64,000 bases of DNA, taken from Yaniella sp. GTDB lineage: Bacteria > Actinomycetota > Actinomycetes > Actinomycetales > Micrococcaceae. Each line of letters begins with the position of its first letter. The first letter of the stretch is position 1. Positions 58,539 through 64,000 of the stretch are shown in pieces. The DNA lies in assembly GCF_030453185.1 (NCBI RefSeq), contig NZ_JAKDKW010000003.1, positions 4,375-68,374 of the forward strand, written 5' to 3'. The notes below the pieces were generated by a model, which was given only the letters and a program-made list of their open reading frames with translations, did not search any database and was not told where the DNA came from. A program made the translations under genes and the position numbers.

Positions 58539-59597
58539 CTAAATCTTCCTCATTAACACGCGCTTGACATGGTGGTCGGCGTTCTTTGTTAATACTAACT
58601 TAGCTCGGCCGCGGGTTGGTAGGACGTTTTGCACAAGGTTGGGGCCGTTGATGCGGTCCCAAATACCGGTGGCTGTTTCGACAGCCTCGTCATCGGTGAG
58701 CGCTGCGTACCGGTGGAAATACGAGTTTGGATCTGCGAATGCACCGGATCGCATTTCCATGAAGCGGTTAACATACCAATTGCGAACCGCTCGGTGGCTG
58801 GCATCCACATAGATTGAGTAATCGAAGAAATCCGAGACCGAGAGTCCTGAGGTGCCATCAGAGCGGGCCCGTGGTGGGGCTAAAACGTTGAGTCCCTCGA
58901 CGATCAGTACATCCGGTCGGCGGACCACGATCTGTTGATTCGGCACAATGTCGTAGGTCAGGTGCGAGTACATCGGCGCGCGTACTTCTGGGACACCGGA
59001 TTTCACATCGGAAACAAAACGTAGCAGACGACGACGGTCAAAAGACTCGGGGAACCCCTTTCGCTCCATGAGCCCGCGGCGACGTAATTCCGCATTGGGG
59101 TACAGGAAGCCATCGGTGGTCACAAGCTCAACCCGCGGGGTATTGGGCCAGCGACGCAGCATCTCTTGCAGTACACGAGCGATCGTGGACTTTCCGACGG
59201 CGACGGAACCGGCGACACCAATTACAAACGGGGTACGCCGGGTTGTTTCGCCCAGAAACTCATTGGACGCTTCCCGAAGTCTGGCAGATCCGTCAACATA
59301 AATGCTCAACAACCGGGAAAGTGGGAGGTAGACCTCTGCGACTTCAGTCAGTGACAGCCGGTCGCCCAGCCCACGGAGTCGTTCGACGTCAGATTGGTCA
59401 AAGGGTTGCTCGAGCTGATGCGCTAGCCTGGACCATGTAGAACGGTCGAGCTCGATGAACGGTGAATACGTCTGTTGTGGTTCGACCGGTGGTGAACCCA
59501 CAAACGAGATGGGCTCAGTTACAGGACTCACCGGGGTATTCGGAGATTCTGAGGGACCCTGTTGAGGGTAGGGCGCATCGTTGATGTGGTAATTCAC
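58539..59597 (-). CDS. coaA: type I pantothenate kinase (Pro-rich N-terminal extension; true start may be further in)
   Basis: P-loop [17 protein letters not shown]. Also ...[13 protein letters not shown]..., HLTYD and IVEGLNVL. Confidence 0.93.
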   Translation of the reverse strand: MNYHINDAPYPQQGPSESPNTPVSPVTEPISFVGSPPVEPQQTYSPFIELDRSTWSRLAHQLEQPFDQSDVERLRGLGDRLSLTEVAEVYLPLSRLLSIYVDGSARLREASNEFLGETTRRTPFVIGVAGSVAVGKSTIARVLQEMLRRWPNTPRVELVTTDGFLYPNAELRRRGLMERKGFPESFDRRRLLRFVSDVKSGVPEVRAPMYSHLTYDIVPNQQIVVRRPDVLIVEGLNVLAPPRARSDGTSGLSVSDFFDYSIYVDASHRAVRNWYVNRFMEMRSGAFADPNSYFHRYAALTDDEAVETATGIWDRINGPNLVQNVLPTRGRAKLVLTKNADHHVKRVLMRKI

Positions 59598-59698
59598 CTA
59601 TTCATTATCGCTCATAGGCCGGCGAAGTGGGCAATTATTGATAAACAGCTTCACTATCGGCTTGTTGCCTTGCCACCCACGACATAGCAGGAGGATCG

Positions 59699-60691
59699 TT
59701 GGCCAGTGCCGATGACCAGGTCAAAACACCGGCTAACAGTGCCGGACTCGTTCAAGCGTTTCTGGCCTACTCTCTCTGGGGTGCACTCCCCATAGTATTT
59801 GCCGTGTACATGACTCCCAACCCCGTGGATCTCTTGGCTTGGCGCATTGTGCTGGCTCTTGGCATCACGCTGGTGACGGTCGCTATCGTCCGGGGTGGTT
59901 GGAGACGGCTGGGGCTGGTCTTGAAAAACCGGCGCGACCACCTGCTGCTGATCCTGGCCGGACATTTGATCGCGGTGAACTGGGGTCTTTATATTTACGC
60001 TGTGGCAAGCTATCGGGTGCTCGAAGCCTCACTGGGCTATTTCATTAACCCGTTGATGACCATTGTGCTGGGCGTCGTGTTATTGGGGGAGCGGTTGCGT
60101 CCGCTCCAATGGATCGCCGTGGGTGTTTCCCTGGTAGCCGTGATCATTCTGACCATCGATTACGGAAACCTTCCGTGGGTCTCGTTGACTCTGGCTATTT
60201 CCTTTGCGTTCTATGGTCTGGTGAAAAACAAGCTGGGACCGACTGTCGATTCGTTGACCGGATTAACGGTGGAAACCATGTGGTTGTCTATCCCCTCGAC
60301 CGCGTGGATAGTGCTGGCCTCCATGGGGGTCTTCGCCACGGCGGGCGGGATCGGTGTCTTCGAATCCTTTGACACCTTGCGAGCATACTCACTGCCCGTG
60401 ATTGGTCTGGTGACCGTCGTCCCGCTAATCCTTTTTGCTGGAGCTGCAGCGCGCTTGCCGTTGTCGACGGTCGGCATGTTTCAATATATTGCTCCGATCG
60501 CCCAATTTTTATTCGGGTATTTTGTGTTCGAAGAAGTGATGTCCACCGGCCGCTGGATTGGGTTCATTCTTGTGTGGGTTGCCGTGCTGATATTGATCGG
60601 CGATGCCCTTCGGCAAATCCGACAAAATCCGAAGTTACGTATCAAAACATCGCAACAGTCACGTGAAGAAAAGGTAGACTACCAAGCATGA
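59699..60691 (+). CDS. rarD: EamA/RarD family transporter
   Basis: Ten TM segments, with [19 protein letters not shown] and two EamA repeats. TTG start. Confidence 0.85.
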   Translation: MASADDQVKTPANSAGLVQAFLAYSLWGALPIVFAVYMTPNPVDLLAWRIVLALGITLVTVAIVRGGWRRLGLVLKNRRDHLLLILAGHLIAVNWGLYIYAVASYRVLEASLGYFINPLMTIVLGVVLLGERLRPLQWIAVGVSLVAVIILTIDYGNLPWVSLTLAISFAFYGLVKNKLGPTVDSLTGLTVETMWLSIPSTAWIVLASMGVFATAGGIGVFESFDTLRAYSLPVIGLVTVVPLILFAGAAARLPLSTVGMFQYIAPIAQFLFGYFVFEEVMSTGRWIGFILVWVAVLILIGDALRQIRQNPKLRIKTSQQSREEKVDYQA

Positions 60692-61038
60692 TCATTGGCA
60701 TTGGTGTGGACATGGTTGATATTGCGCGCTTCGAGCGGCAGCTGGAACGGACTCCAAAACTGCGTGACCGGTTGTTCACTCCCGCAGAACGAGAACTGAG
60801 TCTGCAATCATTGGCTGCACGTTTTGCCGCGAAAGAGGCTGTCGCCAAAGCACTCTCTGCCCCCGCCGGCATGAACTGGCAGCACTGCCAGATTGGCCGC
60901 GAACCCTCGGGCGAACCCTACGTGGTCTTGACCGGCACGGTTGCGGATATCTCAGAGGCCAAAGGTGTTCGGCGCTGGCACCTGTCGTTGTCTCACGACG
61001 GCGGTTGGGCGACCGCCATGGTTATCGCAGAGGGCTAA
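60688..61038 (+). CDS. acpS: holo-[acyl-carrier-protein] synthase
   Basis: [19 protein letters not shown]...[11 protein letters not shown]...[13 protein letters not shown]. Confidence 0.95.
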   Translation: MIIGIGVDMVDIARFERQLERTPKLRDRLFTPAERELSLQSLAARFAAKEAVAKALSAPAGMNWQHCQIGREPSGEPYVVLTGTVADISEAKGVRRWHLSLSHDGGWATAMVIAEG

Positions 61039-62540
61039 TGCAACCCGTTTTTACCGGAACCCAGGTACGCGGCGCTGAAGCGCCCTGGCTGGAAGCCGGT
61101 CATGGTCCCGCACTGATGCGTCAAGCAGCCTGGGGCCTGGCACACCGTACTCGCCAACTCTTACAACAACGTGGTCCCGTGTATGGCAGCCGTGCGGTCG
61201 GACTCATCGGCAAGGGGAATAACGGCGGAGATACCCTCTGGGCCCTGAGTTTTCTTGCCGACCGCGGCGTATCGATCGCTGCGGTAGCCATCAACGCCAC
61301 CGCAGACCAGTTCCATCCGGAAGGGCTTGCCGCGTTTCAGCGCGCCGGTGGACGACTGGTTTCGAAGATCGATGCCGCCACCGACGTTGTGGTTGATGGG
61401 GTATTTGGTACCGGCTTCCACGGTAGCTTTGACCTCCCCGGCTTTTTGACCGACCACGACCTGGCTATTCCTCAAACTGCAGCAATCATTGCGTGCGACG
61501 TTCCATCGGGCCTCATGGCCGATACCGGCGACATCCCGGGCAACGCATTACGCGCTGATGCCACGGTGACATTTGGTGCGCCCAAGCTGGGTTTATTTGT
61601 CGGCGAAGGCGGTCAACACAGTGGCGACGTCACGGTGGTTGACATTGGCCTGGGTGTAGAACTTGCCGCGGTGCAAGATCCATGGTGGATGGCTGACGAA
61701 CCTGATGTCCGCGCTGGGTTTGGCCCACCGCGGTGGGATGCCCATAAGTATTCGCGCGGCGTGCTGTCGGTGGTGGCAGGATCACCGCAGTATCCCGGAG
61801 CCGCGGTGCTGGTAGTGAATGCCGTCGCCGCAACCGGAGTGGGGTACATCAGTTTGGTCGCGCAACGTCCCCGCGACAACAGTGTGGCTGACCAAGTGTT
61901 GGCCGCCCACCCGCAGGTCGTGATTGAAGCTCAAGTTGCCCAGAAAGCCACCGCCGTAGTGATTGGTCCGGGGTTCGGCAACACGGCTGACGAGCGCGAT
62001 GATTTCACCGCAGCGCTTCAGGTAGCACAGCGTCAACAGCTACCGGTGCTCGTGGACGCCTCGGGCCTGGATTTACTGGATGAAGACATGCTGATGCAAA
62101 CCTTCGCTGCCATGGTGCTCACCCCACACATCGGCGAAATGCAACGTCTTACGAAACGTCTGGCACCAGACCTGCAGGAACAACACCCGGTAGCACAAGC
62201 TGCCGCGTTTGCCCAGCGCTTCGGCGTTTGGATCGTACTGAAATCAGCCGACACCTATGTTCTTTCCCCCGGGACACTGCGCAGCGTGCACCCTGCCAAA
62301 ACTTCGGAGCTGGCTACGGCCGGCACCGGCGACACTTTAGCTGGGATCCTCGGCGCTGGCATCGCATCGCTTGATGCCACAGACGACGACTTTCACCAGC
62401 AACTTTTTACCGTGTTAGCCTCAGGAGTGCGCTTGCACTCCCTGGCCGGCGAACTTGCTGCCGCAGACGGCGGGATCGTGGTCTCCAGCCTGCAAGACGA
62501 CATCCGTGAAGCGAAACGCCAGGCGATGGCGTCGTCGTAG
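61038..62540 (+). CDS. nnr: bifunctional NAD(P)H-hydrate repair enzyme (epimerase YjeF_N + ADP-dependent dehydratase)
   Basis: The N-terminal domain carries GKGNNGGD. The C-terminal carbohydrate-kinase domain carries GPGFG...TAGTGDTLAG. The ATG overlaps the acpS stop (TAATG). Confidence 0.9.
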   Translation: MQPVFTGTQVRGAEAPWLEAGHGPALMRQAAWGLAHRTRQLLQQRGPVYGSRAVGLIGKGNNGGDTLWALSFLADRGVSIAAVAINATADQFHPEGLAAFQRAGGRLVSKIDAATDVVVDGVFGTGFHGSFDLPGFLTDHDLAIPQTAAIIACDVPSGLMADTGDIPGNALRADATVTFGAPKLGLFVGEGGQHSGDVTVVDIGLGVELAAVQDPWWMADEPDVRAGFGPPRWDAHKYSRGVLSVVAGSPQYPGAAVLVVNAVAATGVGYISLVAQRPRDNSVADQVLAAHPQVVIEAQVAQKATAVVIGPGFGNTADERDDFTAALQVAQRQQLPVLVDASGLDLLDEDMLMQTFAAMVLTPHIGEMQRLTKRLAPDLQEQHPVAQAAAFAQRFGVWIVLKSADTYVLSPGTLRSVHPAKTSELATAGTGDTLAGILGAGIASLDATDDDFHQQLFTVLASGVRLHSLAGELAAADGGIVVSSLQDDIREAKRQAMASS

Positions 62541-62580
62541 CAACTGTGTCGATCTGCAGAAACGCCAACGGTCTGGAATA

Positions 62581-63744
62581 ATGGGTGACATCATGGCTAC
62601 AAGTTGGACTGCAACATCGGAACGCTGGGTGACAATTGATCACTCAGCGTTAGCTCATAATATCGACACGATCGCTCGCTGGGTAAAGCCGGCCCAAGTG
62701 ATGGCGGTGGTAAAAGCTGATGGGTACGGCCACGGCGCCGTCGAAATTGCCCAGACCGCGGTGGCAGCCGGCGCAACCTGGCTTGGCACCGCGCACGTTC
62801 GAGAAGCCCTCGCCCTGCGCGAAGCCGGTATCACGGCACCTCTGGTTGCCTGGCTGCATACTATTAGCACTCCGTTTGAAGCAGCGGTAGCCCACAACAT
62901 TGACCTAGGCGTTTCTGGCCCGGAAATTGAATCGGTGGCCGACGCCGCCCGAGCAACCGATCTGCCCGCACGCATCCACTTGAAAATCGATACCGGGCTG
63001 TCTCGCAACGGTGCGGTGCCCGAGGAATGGGACGCGCTGTGCCGCCGAGCCTCGGAACTGCAGCAGTCGGGTGTGGTCCGCGTGGTCGGAGTATTCACGC
63101 ACTTCGCCGTAGCCGATGATCCGGTGGGCGAATCCGACGTTGATGAGCAATTACGCGTCTATCACGAAGCCGTCGACACCGCCCGAAAACACGGGCTCAC
63201 CGTGGATGTGCGCCATGTCGCGAACTCCCCGGCGCTGCTCTCACGTCCCGATACGCACCTCGATATGGTCCGTGCCGGCGTGGCCATCTACGGGCTGAGC
63301 CCTTTCCCGGATCGCACCGCCGAAGACCTCGGGCTGCGCCCGGTTATGAGCTTTGGCACCACCGTGGCGCATAACAAGCCAGCCGACGAAGGCACCGGAG
63401 TGTCCTATGGATACTCCTATCGCGTGCAGAAACCCACCAGGCTCGCGCTGATCCCGTGCGGTTATGCCGATGGCGTGCCACGCATTGCTGAAGGTGCACC
63501 CGTTTGGATCGACGGGGAGTACTATCGCGTCACGGGTCGTATTGCCATGGACCAGTTTGTCGTGGACCTCCACACCGACCGCGCAGACGATTCGACCGCG
63601 CCGGTGGGGACCACGGTCGAACTCTTCGGCTCAAAATCCGGTATCCCATCTGATGCGTGGGCCCAAGCCTCCGGCAGTATTAACTATGAAATTGTCACCC
63701 GCATCGGTGCTCGCGTGCCACGAATTCATCAACAGTGGGTGTGA
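62581..63744 (+). CDS. alr: alanine racemase
   Basis: PLP-lysine motif AVVKADGYGHG, plus VGVFTHFA and SYGYSY. The start is ATG 62581 or 62593. The ORF-track start at 62455 overlaps nnr. Confidence 0.93.
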   Translation: MGDIMATSWTATSERWVTIDHSALAHNIDTIARWVKPAQVMAVVKADGYGHGAVEIAQTAVAAGATWLGTAHVREALALREAGITAPLVAWLHTISTPFEAAVAHNIDLGVSGPEIESVADAARATDLPARIHLKIDTGLSRNGAVPEEWDALCRRASELQQSGVVRVVGVFTHFAVADDPVGESDVDEQLRVYHEAVDTARKHGLTVDVRHVANSPALLSRPDTHLDMVRAGVAIYGLSPFPDRTAEDLGLRPVMSFGTTVAHNKPADEGTGVSYGYSYRVQKPTRLALIPCGYADGVPRIAEGAPVWIDGEYYRVTGRIAMDQFVVDLHTDRADDSTAPVGTTVELFGSKSGIPSDAWAQASGSINYEIVTRIGARVPRIHQQWV

Positions 63745-63746
63745 CC

Positions 63747-64000
63747 ATGGAATACACCGCAGACCTGGCCGACCTGGCTGCAACTAAAAATTTTGCGCTC
63801 GCCGTTGCTAATCAACTGCAGGCCGGCGACGTCATCATCCTGACCGGTGAACTCGGCGCCGGCAAAACCACCTTCACGCAGGGACTGGCGCGTGGTCTTG
63901 GCATTACCGCCCCAATTACCTCACCGACGTTTGTGCTGGCACGCCATCACGTCCACCCCGCAGACGGTCTGGACCTCGTGCACGTCGATGCCTACCGGAT
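63747..64000 (+). CDS. tsaE: tRNA t6A37 biosynthesis protein TsaE (3' end outside the window)
   Basis: My own translation gives MEYTADLADLAATKNFALAVANQLQAGDVIILTGELGAGKTTFTQGLARGLGI...SPTFVLARHH... The P-loop GELGAGKTT is present. The ORF is open to the window edge. Confidence 0.88.
   Translation, partial: MEYTADLADLAATKNFALAVANQLQAGDVIILTGELGAGKTTFTQGLARGLGITAPITSPTFVLARHHVHPADGLDLVHVDAYR

Noticed and set aside
1-64000. Search for tRNA/rRNA genes, CRISPR arrays, IS elements/transposases, integrases, toxin-antitoxin pairs or phage-defence genes
   Set aside because: I could not find any of these by eye. There are no cloverleaf-capable intergenic segments, no regularly spaced direct repeats, and no ORFs with DDE/recombinase or defence-type motifs. 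The accessory content is metabolic or cell-wall related only. A proper tRNAscan, Infernal and repeat scan would be needed to be certain.

Overview
This window is the core transcription/translation superlocus of a moderately high-GC Gram-positive bacterium. I infer Actinomycetota, probably Micrococcales-like, from gene order, the RpoB/RpoA/SecY N-termini and low-complexity tails on ribosomal proteins.

Gene order on the + strand:
- a NarL-type two-component pair, then rplJ-rplL
- an ~11.5 kb accessory block: PGAM-like phosphatase, RpiR regulator, Tyr-phosphatase-fold enzyme, metallophosphoesterase, an AfuABC/FbpABC-type ABC importer, and the Moco genes mobA, moaA, moaC and a moeA-moaB fusion
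- rpoB-rpoC
- a divergent FemX-like / ATP-grasp ligase pair
- rpsL-rpsG-fusA-tuf, then the S10 operon (rpsJ to rpsQ)
- a 400-nt break, then the spc operon (rplN to rplO, with no S14 gene)
- secY-adk-map, then infA-rpmJ-rpsM-rpsK (no rpsD), then rpoA-rplQ-truA
- a convergent LysR regulator, then rplM-rpsI
- an inserted hyuA-hyuB-aldehyde dehydrogenase block, then glmM plus a small membrane ORF
- mscL, a VanY-like peptidase and coaA on the - strand
- rarD-acpS-nnr-alr-tsaE (tsaE cut by the window edge)

I saw no rRNA, tRNA, CRISPR array, transposase or integrase. Several clean intrinsic terminators and a few promoter or leader candidates are visible.

The parts most worth follow-up are accessory inserts into this conserved backbone:
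- the FemX/Asl-like peptidoglycan cassette
- the multi-phosphatase plus sugar-phosphate-type ABC operon
- the hyuAB-ALDH block around rplM-rpsI
- the MoeA-MoaB fusion
- an SD / anti-SD / anti-anti-SD arrangement in the rplM leader

All functional calls come from reading motifs in the supplied translations. No database search was run.
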